A stretch of 64,000 bases of DNA from Chitinophagaceae bacterium (GCA_947454235.1 CANGIY010000019.1:627-64626), one strand, 5' to 3'; counted from the first letter of the stretch, positions 28,946-39,150 are shown. The notes: generated by a model from the letters alone, not told the origin. A program made the numbers and translations.

Positions 28946-29641
28946 ATGGGTCATAAGAAATTAGTTAAGTTTGAAGCACTTGAGACGTTTAAAAATGTGC
29001 TTCAGTTTCCTAAGGATATTAAGGGTAAGTGGAGTGAGTTTTTCGGTAATTCATATCCTATTACTCTTGAGCTAGCGTGTGGCAAGGGTGAATATAGTGT
29101 TGGGCTTGGAAGAGAGCATAAGGACAGGAACTTTATAGGAATTGACATAAAGGGGAACCGTATTTATACTGGTGCTAAGACGGCGTTAAAAGAGGGGTTA
29201 ACTAATGTTGGTTTCCTTCGAACACAAATAGCGCGCATTGACGAATATTTTGGGGCAAATGAGATTGGTGAGATTTGGATTATTTTTCCTGATCCATTTT
29301 TGAAGAAGGAATCTAACAGGCTCACTCACCCTCGTTTTTTGTACTTATATCAAAAGGTGATGGTGCCGGGAGGAGTAGTTAATTTAAAGACTGATTCCCC
29401 TGAGTTGTACGAGTCAACCAAAGAGTTTATAGCGGAGGCAGGCTGTACTGTTGTTACTGATATTGCTGATATTTATGGTAAAGGTGCAGCAACCGGGCCA
29501 TTGGCTATAAAAACGTTTTATGAGCACATGCATTTGGCTGATGGTAGAACAATCTACTATATTTCTTTTAGACTACCGGATACAACAATTCAATTAAAAG
29601 GTCGTTTTTTAAGGCATGCAGAAGCCACTGAAGGAAGGTGA
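28946..29641 (+). CDS. trmB: tRNA (guanine46-N7)-methyltransferase
   Basis: LELACGKGEY (SAM-binding loop), FPDPF and NRLTHPRFL motifs. 231 aa. Confidence 0.85.
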   Translation: MGHKKLVKFEALETFKNVLQFPKDIKGKWSEFFGNSYPITLELACGKGEYSVGLGREHKDRNFIGIDIKGNRIYTGAKTALKEGLTNVGFLRTQIARIDEYFGANEIGEIWIIFPDPFLKKESNRLTHPRFLYLYQKVMVPGGVVNLKTDSPELYESTKEFIAEAGCTVVTDIADIYGKGAATGPLAIKTFYEHMHLADGRTIYYISFRLPDTTIQLKGRFLRHAEATEGR

Positions 29642-29810
29642 GGATTATGTAGTGCTCAATGATGGTAGATTGGTATTTACTGAGCATTATTTGAAGAAGA
29701 GAGGGTATTGTTGTGGGAACGGATGCCGCCATTGCCCATATAATTTTGATAATGTACCGGAACCTAAGAAACGCATGTTACTAGATGAGCGAAAAAAGAT
29801 TGACGGATAG
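29616..29810 (+). CDS. DUF5522-type Cys-rich small protein
   Basis: YVVLNDGRLVFTEHYLKKRGYCCGNGCRHCPY is the signature remembered for DUF5522. The start overlaps trmB by 26 nt. Confidence 0.65.
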   Translation: MQKPLKEGEDYVVLNDGRLVFTEHYLKKRGYCCGNGCRHCPYNFDNVPEPKKRMLLDERKKIDG

Positions 29811-30132
29811 TATTTACCAGTCTATATTTCAAATTGTTAGGCACATACCAGTTGGGAGGGTCACTTCTTACGGTGCCATTGCTAAGGCACTAGGGGTGGC
29901 TGGTGGGGCTAGATTGGTTGGTTATGCAATGAATGCAAGCCACAGTGAAGTTGAATATGTTCCGGCTCATCGGGTAGTCAACAGGCTGGGTTTGTTGACA
30001 GGTAGGCACCATTTCTCTCCGTCCGAGTCAATGCAAACCGCTTTAGAGGCTGAGGGGATAAAAGTAGTTGATCATCAAATTCAAGATTTCGATAGTCATT
30101 TTTGGGACCCGTCAACAGAATTGGGTTTATAG
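29785..30132 (+). CDS. MGMT-family DNA-binding protein lacking the acceptor cysteine (alkyltransferase-like, ATL)
   Basis: IPVGRVTSYGAIAKALG...ARLVGYAM...VPAHRVVN. The canonical PCHRV is PAHRV here. The start overlaps the previous ORF by 26 nt. Confidence 0.7.
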   Translation: MSEKRLTDSIYQSIFQIVRHIPVGRVTSYGAIAKALGVAGGARLVGYAMNASHSEVEYVPAHRVVNRLGLLTGRHHFSPSESMQTALEAEGIKVVDHQIQDFDSHFWDPSTELGL

Positions 30133-30167
30133 CTTTATTTTTGTAGTAAATTTTCTTTTACTGTTTT

Positions 30168-31826
30168 ATGAACATTGTCCGATGGAGGATATATCTGCTT
30201 TTATTGTTGAGTGCGATTGTAGTTATTTCGCAAAGTTCCTGTAATTTATTTGGTAAGAAAGTCAAGCATAATATTGAGATTACTGCCGAGGAAGATAATT
30301 TCTCGGAGAAGTTAAAAACGATTTTGCCAAAGCCTGATTCTGCAACTGCTGCGAAATTAAAAGGTGGTAGGGCAGAGCTCTATCAAACTTACAAAGACAT
30401 CGAATATCTTCCAATTTGGGTTAAAGATGGGTTTGTAGCAACTGAAGGTGCTAAACAGTTTTTAAAGGATTTGGTTGATGTCAAAAATGATGGGTTGGAT
30501 CCGGAGAAGTATCATTTATCTCAGCTCAATAAACTGATTTCAAAATTAGATTCTCCAAGACACGACTTAAACTTGGCACTAGCCTTCGACACTCTTGCTA
30601 CGCTTAGTTACATCAATGTAACAAGAGATTTGTATCTAGGTGCGATTAATCCCAAGAAAGTAGATTCTTTATGGGCGCACGCCAATGATTCTGATTGGGC
30701 CGCTACGAAGCAGCTTTCACTCAATGTTGCGAAATACTATCCCATCAACAACTATAGAAGTAAGGTAGTAACCTATGGTTTATTGAGGGATGAGTATAAA
30801 AAGTTTTGCGAGTTGGAAGGCGATTCAACTTACGTTCATGCTAAGAACGCAATAACTAATCTGGCTGGTGGACAAGACAGTGAATATATAGCAGACATTC
30901 AATACATCATTAAGAAAGAACTGGGAAACGAAATTTCGACAAAAAACGATTCAATTGATTTACTTGCTGGGTTGTTGAGTGCCTACCAATATTATAATGG
31001 TCTCAAGGTTTCTGGTGAGTTAGATTCAGCAACAATTGGTACTCTTTGTTTAGAAACAACAGAAAGGCTTTTGAAGTTAAGTGCCAACATGGAGCGTGTC
31101 AGGTGGATGCAACAAAGTTTTGGTGACAGGTATATTATTGTCGATATACCCTTGATGGAATTCTTCCTGAGGGAAAAAGAAGCAGATAGTATGCACATGA
31201 GGGTAGTTGTTGGGAAATTCACCCGGCAAACACCTTCCATTTTTGCACACATGAGTAATGTCATTCTAAATCCTCGGTGGGAAGTGCCGCCAACAATCAT
31301 CAAGCAAGATGTATTACCCGGAATTCAGAAGTCGGGTAAGAAGTATTTAGCTAAAAAAGGATTGAGAGCATTTGACAGAAACGGCAATGCGGTTAGTGCT
31401 GATATGGTAAATGCAAAAAACTATCGGAGGTTTAGTTACAGGCAGGCACCAGGTAACGACAATGCACTAGGTAATATCAAGTTCAATATACCTAACCCAT
31501 TTGATGTGTACATGCACGATACACCGCATAGAACCGATTTTGGCAAGCGTGAAAGAGCGTTGAGTTCAGGCTGTGTGCGACTGGGGGCTCCACGCGATTT
31601 GGCATTGTACGTGTTCAATAAAATTGAGAAAATGTCAATGAGTGAGGAGAAAATGGATAGGGTGATAAAAACGCATAAAACACAATGGTATGTAGTTAAA
31701 AACAAGATACCAGTGCATTTTACCTATCTTACCACATTTGAAGACAGCACCAAAGGGCATTTAAGGTACTTGCATGATGTCTATGGACGTGATGTTAAGT
31801 TAGTGGCAGCCCTTGGAAAAAAATAG
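30168..31826 (+). CDS. L,D-transpeptidase family protein (YcbB-like architecture)
   Basis: N-terminal anchor and a catalytic YkuD-type motif HDTPHRTDFGKRERALSSGCVRL. Confidence 0.8.
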   Translation: MNIVRWRIYLLLLLSAIVVISQSSCNLFGKKVKHNIEITAEEDNFSEKLKTILPKPDSATAAKLKGGRAELYQTYKDIEYLPIWVKDGFVATEGAKQFLKDLVDVKNDGLDPEKYHLSQLNKLISKLDSPRHDLNLALAFDTLATLSYINVTRDLYLGAINPKKVDSLWAHANDSDWAATKQLSLNVAKYYPINNYRSKVVTYGLLRDEYKKFCELEGDSTYVHAKNAITNLAGGQDSEYIADIQYIIKKELGNEISTKNDSIDLLAGLLSAYQYYNGLKVSGELDSATIGTLCLETTERLLKLSANMERVRWMQQSFGDRYIIVDIPLMEFFLREKEADSMHMRVVVGKFTRQTPSIFAHMSNVILNPRWEVPPTIIKQDVLPGIQKSGKKYLAKKGLRAFDRNGNAVSADMVNAKNYRRFSYRQAPGNDNALGNIKFNIPNPFDVYMHDTPHRTDFGKRERALSSGCVRLGAPRDLALYVFNKIEKMSMSEEKMDRVIKTHKTQWYVVKNKIPVHFTYLTTFEDSTKGHLRYLHDVYGRDVKLVAALGKK

Positions 31827-31918
31827 GAGGGAATGTTGAATAAGTATGCTTTTTTTGCATGCCGGAATACATTTTTGCGACATTTTGTCCCATGCGGTGC
31901 AATTGGCAAAATAATTGA

Positions 31919-32536
31919 TTGAAAAGAAGCGATATGTTTTTTAAAAAGAAGAAAGCTATGAATGACAATATCAACGATAAAGTAGAAGGACAACCTGCTG
32001 ATACAGACAATATGGCACAAACTGTGGAAGCTGATTCAACGGCTGCGGAAGGGCACGAAGGAGCATTTCCGGCTGAAGAGCATTACGCGAAAATTGAGAA
32101 ATTGGAAGCTGAATTGGCAGAGTTAAAAGATAAACACATTAGACTGATTGCGGAATTTGATAATGCACGCAGACGCAGTGCTACTGAGCGCATTGAGCTT
32201 GAGAAAACAGCTGCACGCAGTGTGGTCGAATCTTTGCTGGTAGTACTTGACGATATGGCAAGGGCTGAAAAGCAATTAGACAAAACAGATGATGTGGCTC
32301 AAATTAAAAGCGGTGTTACACTTGTGTTCAATAAAATGCGTACCATACTTGCCAGCAAGGGCCTTAAAGCCATGGAAACCGGTAAAGAGGAATTTAACGC
32401 GGACTTACACGAAGCGATTACAGAAATTCCGGCACCAAGTGAAGATATGAAGGGTAAAATTATTGACGTAGTTGAACCTGGCTATTACCTGAACGACAAA
32501 CTGATAAGGTTTGCTAAAGTAGTGGTGGCTGGTTAA
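31919..32536 (+). CDS. grpE: nucleotide exchange factor GrpE
   Basis: Coiled-coil LEAELAELKDKHIRLIAEFDNARRR and a C-terminal beta domain. The true start may be ATG 31934 or 31958. Confidence 0.85.
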   Translation: MKRSDMFFKKKKAMNDNINDKVEGQPADTDNMAQTVEADSTAAEGHEGAFPAEEHYAKIEKLEAELAELKDKHIRLIAEFDNARRRSATERIELEKTAARSVVESLLVVLDDMARAEKQLDKTDDVAQIKSGVTLVFNKMRTILASKGLKAMETGKEEFNADLHEAITEIPAPSEDMKGKIIDVVEPGYYLNDKLIRFAKVVVAG

Positions 32537-32590
32537 TAGCTACCCTCAAAATTTAAAAATATTCCCTTTAGGGAGCCTAAAAAAGGCAAT

Positions 32591-33778
32591 ATGAGCAAAA
32601 GAGATTACTATGAGGTGCTTGGCGTTACAAAAAGTGCCAGTGCCGACGAAATAAAGAAGGCTTACAGGAAGTTGGCGCTTCAGTTTCACCCAGACAAAAA
32701 CCCGGGTAATAAAGAGGCTGAGGAAAAGTTCAAAGAAGCTGCTGAAGCATATGACGCTTTGAGCAATCCGGATAAGAAGGCTCAGTACGACAGGTTTGGG
32801 CATGCCGGAATGGGCGGAGCCGGTGGCTTCGGTGGTGGCGGCGGCTTCCAGGGGCAAGGTATGCGCATGGAAGACATTTTCTCAAACTTTGGAGATGTTT
32901 TCGGTGATGACATGTTCAGTAGTTTCTTCGGTGGTGGTGGCCGCGGCGGTGGCGGCGGACAACGTCACGGTTCACGTGGTGCCAACCTGCGCATTAAGCT
33001 GAAGATGAACTTTGGTGAAATAGCGAATGGTGCCAACAAGAAAATCAAAGTTAAAAAGCACATAGGTTGCCAGCAATGTGGTGGTTCAGGTGCAAAAGAT
33101 AAGAATTCAATAACTACATGTTCTACATGTGGTGGTTCGGGACAGGTGCGCCGTGTAACGAGTACTTTCCTCGGGCAAATGCAAACAGTAACGACTTGCC
33201 CTAACTGTAACGGAGAGGGTACTCAAATCTCTCAGAAATGCGGTAGCTGTAAAGGAGAAGGTAGGGTATTTGGTGAAGAGACTTTGAGCCTTGATATTCC
33301 TGCAGGCGTACAAGACGGAATGCAATTAAGCATGAACGGTCGGGGTAATGCAGGAGAAAGAGGAGGACCGGCAGGTGACTTAATCATATTGGTTGAAGAG
33401 GAAGCACACGAATCATTGATTCGTAAGGAGCTTGACGTGGTTTATCCGCTTCATATTTCAATACCTGATGCTGCTTTAGGTACGCAGGTAGAAGTGCCAA
33501 CTATTGACGGTAAGGCGAAAATTAAAATACCGGCGGGAACGCAAGGGGGTAAAATATTCCGTCTGAAGGGTAAGGGTTTCCCGGCATTCCAGTCGTATGA
33601 AAGAGGCGATGAGCTTGTTGAGGTACACATATGGACTCCGGTGAATCTTACTAACGACGAGCGTGCAATGATGGAGCGCATGCAGAAATCTACTAACTTT
33701 CAACCGGGCGACTTGCCAAAAGGAGGAAGCGACGACAAGAGTTTTTTCGATAAAATAAAGGATGCATTTTCATCCTAG
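32591..33778 (+). CDS. dnaJ: molecular chaperone DnaJ
   Basis: J domain (DYYEVLGV...HPDKN), a G/F-rich region and four CxxCxGxG zinc motifs. Confidence 0.95.
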   Translation: MSKRDYYEVLGVTKSASADEIKKAYRKLALQFHPDKNPGNKEAEEKFKEAAEAYDALSNPDKKAQYDRFGHAGMGGAGGFGGGGGFQGQGMRMEDIFSNFGDVFGDDMFSSFFGGGGRGGGGGQRHGSRGANLRIKLKMNFGEIANGANKKIKVKKHIGCQQCGGSGAKDKNSITTCSTCGGSGQVRRVTSTFLGQMQTVTTCPNCNGEGTQISQKCGSCKGEGRVFGEETLSLDIPAGVQDGMQLSMNGRGNAGERGGPAGDLIILVEEEAHESLIRKELDVVYPLHISIPDAALGTQVEVPTIDGKAKIKIPAGTQGGKIFRLKGKGFPAFQSYERGDELVEVHIWTPVNLTNDERAMMERMQKSTNFQPGDLPKGGSDDKSFFDKIKDAFSS

Positions 33779-33787
33779 AATAAAGAA

Positions 33788-33820
33788 GCCGGATCACTTT
33801 CAAACGATCCGGCTTTTTTT
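33788..33820. terminator. bidirectional terminator between dnaJ and the convergent gene
   Basis: GCCGGATC...GATCCGGC stem flanked by an A-rich stretch and T7. Confidence 0.7.
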
Positions 33821-34376
33821 ATCTCGTTGCATAACTGGCTGGTAGAGGATAGCCCAGGTCGCTCATTATGTTTTCAAGCATTGGCTCGTCATCAGGGTTA
33901 TAGTTTTTGTCCAGATTCATACCGTGCAGTCGCGCCCACGTTTGCCACTTAAAAGCTGCTATAGGATTTTTGACTTCTGTTATCATGTGGTACAAATTCA
34001 AGTTGGTTTGCCTTGCCAATAGCTTAACCAGCAATACCCCTTGTGTGACATTCAGGTTTTTAATTTTGTCTTCAAATTTATTGCGCATCTCATCTTCTTT
34101 GGCCGAAACGAAATTTTTGTATTCGCGTCTGCTTACCGAAGGATTGTTTTCTTTCGCCTGAACTTCTTTGAAAAGTTGTGTACAAGCATTCACATAAGGA
34201 AGTACTATGGTTACGTAGTGCTTCATCTGATTATAGTTATACCGCTCTGTATCATTCTTCCATGGTGCCCTTATTCTTACTTCTTTAAGGGTATCGGCGA
34301 AGTATAGCGTTTCTTCCTGAGCATATCCGAGTTGCAGCGACAGCATACATACAAGGATGAATAATAATCGTTTCAT
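33819..34376 (-). CDS. DUF4294-like secreted protein
   Basis: Signal peptide. The pattern LNVTQGVLLVKLLARQTNLNLYHMITEVKN resembles DUF4294 as remembered. Confidence 0.5.
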   Translation of the reverse strand: MKRLLFILVCMLSLQLGYAQEETLYFADTLKEVRIRAPWKNDTERYNYNQMKHYVTIVLPYVNACTQLFKEVQAKENNPSVSRREYKNFVSAKEDEMRNKFEDKIKNLNVTQGVLLVKLLARQTNLNLYHMITEVKNPIAAFKWQTWARLHGMNLDKNYNPDDEPMLENIMSDLGYPLPASYATR

Positions 34377-34408
34377 ACAACTGGTAAGGCAAAATGCGTG
34401 CCAAAACC

Positions 34409-34846
34409 CTACAAACGCCTTTCGGTTTCGTGTATGGTAGTGTCGTTGATGCTTGCAAAGCGCCTTGCCATCAGACCGTTTTCATCAAACTCCCACATTT
34501 CGTTGCCATAGCTTCTGTACCATTGTCCTTTTCCATCGTGCCACTCGTATTCAAACCTAACACCTATTCTATTTTCGGTAAAGCACCATAATTCTTTTTT
34601 AAGTTTATAGTCGTTTTCTTTCGCCCATTTTCTTTTCAAGAACTCTTTTACGGCTTCTCTTCCGTTCAAAAATTCGTCTCTGTTGCGCCATTCAGTGTCA
34701 ATGGTATAAGCCATACACACTTTCTCCGGGTCGCGGGAATTCCAGGCGTTCTCAGCCATTTGCACCTTTTGTTGGGCTGTTTCTAATGTGAATGGAGGAA
34801 ATGGTGGTTTTTGTTCTGCCATGAATTTGATGTTTTGTAAATACAA
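34409..34846 (-). CDS. DUF1348 (NTF2-like) family protein
   Basis: [27 protein letters not shown]...[20 protein letters not shown]...YKLKKELW...RFEYEW pattern. Confidence 0.7.
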   Translation of the reverse strand: MYLQNIKFMAEQKPPFPPFTLETAQQKVQMAENAWNSRDPEKVCMAYTIDTEWRNRDEFLNGREAVKEFLKRKWAKENDYKLKKELWCFTENRIGVRFEYEWHDGKGQWYRSYGNEMWEFDENGLMARRFASINDTTIHETERRL

Positions 34847-34848
34847 AT

Positions 34849-35874
34849 CTAAGATAGCTTTTTGAAGGTATATTCTTCCACTTGTTTTAATTCCTGGTCG
34901 TTGAAATCAGTTTCTATTTTTTCGTAGTTGAAATGCTTTTTGTCTTTTTTCCAAATGGCTTTTACTTTATTATCCTGTAACACAACTGGTCTGAAAATGC
35001 CATTGCTTGTTACAACTTTACGAAGATGTTCATCAGCAAGTGCATGGGAGCGATTGGTGTAAGAAATTAGCATTTCGTCATATGCAGGTAACAGTATTGC
35101 CTGGTGTGTTGTATCAACGGGTAGGTCGCCATTGAAGTAATATTTCCTCCCATTGTACTCAATTTCATTGAATTGTCCGGCTAATGATTTTTCAACTTGG
35201 GTGCATAGCCCAGCAGGTAGTCCTGACCACCATTTGAAATCTTGAATGGTAGCTGGTCCATGGCTGGTAAAGTATTTTTTTGCTAACCATACAGCGGAGT
35301 CTAGTTCGCTGTCATTGTCATTATTAGTGTCAATTGAGAGGAGGGAATAAGCATTCGTTAGGCTGGTTGTATAGTCCTGAATAACCATTTGCTCTAGTTC
35401 GTAGTACATTAGTATCATTCCGGTTGCAATACTGGTGCTCGGTATAGAGTTAGCCCCAAAAAGTGCAGAGATGTCTTCTCGCGCACAAACGGGGTGGGTC
35501 TGGAAAAATTTTGCCAACAAGGGCCCTACGTTGAGCAAAGTTTCGAAAGTAACACCAAGATTCTTAAGCTGAGGGATGATTATTTTTTTGACATAAGGCG
35601 CCGAAAGCCTGTTCATTTTAAGGTAGTCTTCACGGGCAATAAAATGCCAGGTAGGACGTAAGATATGTGCACGGATTATTTCTTGATTTTGCAGGCTTTT
35701 GCTTATTCCGGAAACTGACTCTTTTGACCGCAACGCCAACGCAAGCTTTGCCATATTAAGGTCTTGCGCTTGAATGGCACCCATGTGCAACATGGTTTCA
35801 AGTGGATGTCTTTCTTTAAAAAGAAATTGTCTCCGGAGCCGACCGGAGACAATTCGTTGATTTATCTCTTCCAT
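34849..35874 (-). CDS. winged-helix DNA glycosylase family (AlkZ/YcaQ, HTH_42-like) protein
   Basis: GAIQAQD near the N-terminus, [12 protein letters not shown] and [19 protein letters not shown] are hallmarks of the family as remembered. Confidence 0.6.
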   Translation of the reverse strand: MEEINQRIVSGRLRRQFLFKERHPLETMLHMGAIQAQDLNMAKLALALRSKESVSGISKSLQNQEIIRAHILRPTWHFIAREDYLKMNRLSAPYVKKIIIPQLKNLGVTFETLLNVGPLLAKFFQTHPVCAREDISALFGANSIPSTSIATGMILMYYELEQMVIQDYTTSLTNAYSLLSIDTNNDNDSELDSAVWLAKKYFTSHGPATIQDFKWWSGLPAGLCTQVEKSLAGQFNEIEYNGRKYYFNGDLPVDTTHQAILLPAYDEMLISYTNRSHALADEHLRKVVTSNGIFRPVVLQDNKVKAIWKKDKKHFNYEKIETDFNDQELKQVEEYTFKKLS

Positions 35875-35906
35875 AATTGCGGCACCTAAAGGTAGCCTTA
35901 TTGGGG

Positions 35907-37454
35907 CTAAAATTTAAAGCCAACCGTCAATACATAATTGGTTATATCGAGGCTTACAGACGCAGCAGGTAAGGTAACCTGAGATCCTGAATAAATATAT
36001 TTGAAATCAAGAGAATTGTATGGTTGCTCGCTAACAGTATAAGTCGTATTGCGTATACCAAAATCAGCAAAGAAGTGACGAGTTCTGACACCCAAGCCAC
36101 CAGAAACATCTATGCGTTGTAAATCAGAAGAACCATCAGCTAGTGGGCTGCCATAAAAACCTAAGCCGCCACGTAGCATTAAATGCTTCATCAACACCAA
36201 TTCGCCACCGACGCGCAAGTTTGAGCTACTCGTATATAATTTACGAATGGAAGTGTTTATAGCGTTTGCTTCCTGTTGAAATGATGTCTCATTGACTACA
36301 TCGGTTCCTGCGGGGAAAGCATAGTGCATTGTACTGTAATTGATATACTCATAGTCAGCACTTACAAATCCAAGTTTTCCGGCTAAGAATGTTGCGCTTA
36401 ATACGGCCTTGGCAGGGGAGAAGTAGCTGTAATCAAAAGTTGAAGGCAAGTATCCTCCGTTTCTAGTGGAATAATCCGCTTGTGTTCCTCCTACATTCGA
36501 TAAAATTCCGAAATCGTAAACAGAAGTTAAACTGTAATAGGTGGGTGTGTGTACTGCAGCACCGATTCTAATATTTTCAGTCATCTTCCATATCAGACCT
36601 AATTTCATATTGATACCCGAGCCGTTCACTGAAGTTTCTTCGTTGTAGGTAAAGCTGTTGAAGCGATATGGATTATTGGAGTTTGGCGAAAGAGGAGACT
36701 CTGTGTAAGATGTGTTTCGGGTATAGTTAACAACCGGTATACCTAACGACACTCCAAGCAGTATTTTTTCTTTGTAGTTGCCGCCCAATCCAATATTCAC
36801 TGAATTGATGGAACCACGTTCCTGCACACTATTTGTTTGCAGTATGCCACTTTTAAAAGGGACAATGGTTCTTTGAAAGCCGACATCACCGGTTAGCAGT
36901 CCCGCATCTACGCCAATATTACCCAATGTGCCAGTTACACCGTTGTGATAGGCATTCATGGTATCTCTGTTTGCATCGGCTTCGAATGCTTGTGAGGCAG
37001 AGCTGGTATAGTTGTTACCTGAATAGTTGTAGTTTCTGTTGAAATCAGCAATGCGTTCCATACCTACAGCGAATGCCACTGATTTCCAGTCGCGGTAATT
37101 GTATCTGCGTCCTTTTGGTGCATCTGTAAGTACCAGCCCGAATTGCCCCACACCCATTTTAAATGCCTGATCTGTGGTTTGGTTTTGCTGGTACATAGAT
37201 GAAGAAAAAGCATCGTGGAACAGAGGAGAAAATGAAATTTCATTACTCCTGTAAATTCCCAGACCTGCAGGGTTAACGGAAGTGCTGCTAAAATCTCCGC
37301 CAACTGAGCCTAGCGTACTACCAAACCCAATTGACCTGGCAGTTCCTGATGATGATGTACTTGCAAAATTGAGGGCATTATCGACGTTTTGAGCATGTAC
37401 AACCGTCATTGCAGATAATGTAATTAGGCTCGCTACAACTATTATTCGCTGCAT
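35907..37454 (-). CDS. outer-membrane beta-barrel protein, function unknown
   Basis: ATG at 37454 gives the signal peptide MQRIIVVASLITLSAMTVVHAQ. G/S/Y/N-rich amphipathic strands. The C-terminus is ...LTVGFKF, ending in an aromatic residue. Confidence 0.6.
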   Translation of the reverse strand: MQRIIVVASLITLSAMTVVHAQNVDNALNFASTSSSGTARSIGFGSTLGSVGGDFSSTSVNPAGLGIYRSNEISFSPLFHDAFSSSMYQQNQTTDQAFKMGVGQFGLVLTDAPKGRRYNYRDWKSVAFAVGMERIADFNRNYNYSGNNYTSSASQAFEADANRDTMNAYHNGVTGTLGNIGVDAGLLTGDVGFQRTIVPFKSGILQTNSVQERGSINSVNIGLGGNYKEKILLGVSLGIPVVNYTRNTSYTESPLSPNSNNPYRFNSFTYNEETSVNGSGINMKLGLIWKMTENIRIGAAVHTPTYYSLTSVYDFGILSNVGGTQADYSTRNGGYLPSTFDYSYFSPAKAVLSATFLAGKLGFVSADYEYINYSTMHYAFPAGTDVVNETSFQQEANAINTSIRKLYTSSSNLRVGGELVLMKHLMLRGGLGFYGSPLADGSSDLQRIDVSGGLGVRTRHFFADFGIRNTTYTVSEQPYNSLDFKYIYSGSQVTLPAASVSLDITNYVLTVGFKF

Positions 37455-37582
37455 AGATTTCAATTTTTGATTGGACGTGGTGATACGAATATTGTTTAAT
37501 GAAGTTACCTCAAGCAAACTGCAAATCGTGTACCAATTGATTTTTTTGCGTTTTCTTTAAGACAATTTTAAGAAATGGGCAT

Positions 37583-37612
37583 AAAAAAAGAGCTGCCAGA
37601 AGCAGCTCTTTT
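37583..37612 (-). terminator. intrinsic terminator after tuf
   Basis: AAGAGCTGC...GCAGCTCTT stem followed by T7 on the minus strand, 21 nt after the tuf stop. Confidence 0.8.
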
Positions 37613-37632
37613 CAATATGAGTGATCTTAAGA

Positions 37633-38820
37633 TTACTTAATGATTTCAGTAACTTGACCAGCGCCTACAGTACGGCCACCTTCACGAATCGCGAATTTAA
37701 GACCTTTGTCCATAGCGATTGGAGCGATCAAAGTAACAGAAAGGTTAACGTTATCACCAGGCATAACCATTTCAACGCCAGCAGGCAAAGTACATTCGCC
37801 AGTTACGTCCGTAGTACGGAAGTAGAACTGAGGACGGTATTTGTTGAAGAATGGAGTGTGACGACCACCTTCGTCTTTGCTCAATACGTAAACTTCGCCT
37901 TTGAATTCAGTGTGCGGAGTGATAGATTTTGGAGCGCAGATAACCATACCACGACGGATATCTTTTTTCTCAATACCACGGAGGAGAAGACCAGCGTTGT
38001 CACCTGCTTCACCACGATCAAGAAGTTTTTTGAACATCTCAACACCAGTACAAGTTGAAGTCAATGGATCTTCATTGAAACCTACGATTTCAACGTTGTC
38101 ACCAACTTTAATAACACCACGCTCGATACGACCTGTAGCAACAGTACCACGACCAGTGATAGTGAATACGTCTTCTACAGACATCAAGAATGATTGATCG
38201 ATTGGACGAGGAGGAAGTGGGATGTAAGCATCAACTGCTGCCATCAAATCTTCTACTGCTTTAACCCATTTAGCGTCGCCAGCGAGTGCGCCAGTAGCTG
38301 AACCTTGGATAATTGGAGTGTTATCACCGTCATAACCGTTTTTAGACAACAATTCGCGGATTTCCATTTCAACAAGCTCAAGGATTTCTGGATCATCAAC
38401 AAGGTCAACTTTGTTCATGAAGATTACCATACGAGGTACACCTACCTGACGAGCAAGAAGGATGTGCTCGCGAGTCTGAGGCATTGGACCGTCAGTCGCA
38501 GCTACTACCAGGATAGCACCGTCCATTTGAGCGGCACCAGTAATCATGTTTTTAACGTAGTCGGCGTGACCCGGGCAATCCACGTGAGCATAGTGACGAT
38601 TGTCAGTTTGATATTCTACGTGAGCTGTATTGATAGTGATACCACGCTCTTTTTCTTCAGGAGCAGCATCAATTTCATCGTAACCTTTTTTCTCAGCCAA
38701 ACCTTTGCTAGAAAGGATAGTTGTGATGGCTGCAGTCAAAGTAGTTTTACCATGGTCAACGTGTCCAATTGTACCAATGTTTACATGGGGTTTGTCCCTC
38801 TTAAAGGTCTCTTTTGCCAT
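37633..38820 (-). CDS. tuf: translation elongation factor Tu
   Basis: [15 protein letters not shown] and NKVD motifs, with full-length collinearity to EF-Tu. 395 aa. Confidence 0.97.
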   Translation of the reverse strand: MAKETFKRDKPHVNIGTIGHVDHGKTTLTAAITTILSSKGLAEKKGYDEIDAAPEEKERGITINTAHVEYQTDNRHYAHVDCPGHADYVKNMITGAAQMDGAILVVAATDGPMPQTREHILLARQVGVPRMVIFMNKVDLVDDPEILELVEMEIRELLSKNGYDGDNTPIIQGSATGALAGDAKWVKAVEDLMAAVDAYIPLPPRPIDQSFLMSVEDVFTITGRGTVATGRIERGVIKVGDNVEIVGFNEDPLTSTCTGVEMFKKLLDRGEAGDNAGLLLRGIEKKDIRRGMVICAPKSITPHTEFKGEVYVLSKDEGGRHTPFFNKYRPQFYFRTTDVTGECTLPAGVEMVMPGDNVNLSVTLIAPIAMDKGLKFAIREGGRTVGAGQVTEIIK

Positions 38821-38860
38821 TTTTATTTGTTTTTAATCGTTATTTTATGTTTTAACGCAG

Positions 38861-38868
38861 CAAAGCTA
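38861..38868 (-). promoter_or_regulatory. candidate -7 box (TAGCTTTG) for tuf
   Basis: TAnnTTTG on the minus strand, 40 nt upstream of the tuf ATG and downstream of a T-run that follows tRNA-Thr. Confidence 0.4.
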
Positions 38869-38891
38869 CGTGTTTTTTTAAAAAAAATCTG

Positions 38892-38963
<72 letters not shown>

Positions 38964-38966
38964 TAA

Positions 38967-39038
38967 TGTTGTTGAGTTTAAAATTCAATGTCAGGCACTC
39001 ATTTTTCAACAAAATTTCTTTCACTGAGCTACAACAGT
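38967..39038 (-). pseudogene. decayed tandem copy of tRNA-Thr(GGT), 72 nt
   Basis: The first 16 nt (CTGTTGTAGCTCAGTG) are identical to the intact gene. The 3' end CTCAACAAC compares with CTCAACAGC. It has the same 72-nt length and sits 3 nt upstream of the intact tRNA. The central 45 nt are AT-rich with no anticodon or T arm. Confidence 0.55.
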
Positions 39039-39150
39039 TATTGTAGTTTTCATAATCCGGCTAATGGTTGACCGGGTTACGGAAATAAAGAACTTATATT
39101 CATTAGACAAGCTAATTAACCATAGGCTAATTAGCTACTCAAAAAAATCG

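Noticed and set aside
31827-31933. Search for a CIRCE/HrcA operator upstream of grpE-dnaJ, and for one upstream of htpG
   Set aside because: No TTAGCACTC-N9-GAGTGCTAA-like element is present. Only weak 5-bp inverted repeats (GCATG/CATGC) and a GTCAATTT direct repeat near htpG were found, which is too little to call.
38964-39150. tRNA fragment as an integrative-element attachment-site scar
   Set aside because: The duplicated part is the 5' end, whereas integrases normally duplicate the 3' end. The relic has full tRNA length, and there is no integrase or foreign-looking DNA nearby. A decayed tandem duplicate fits better.
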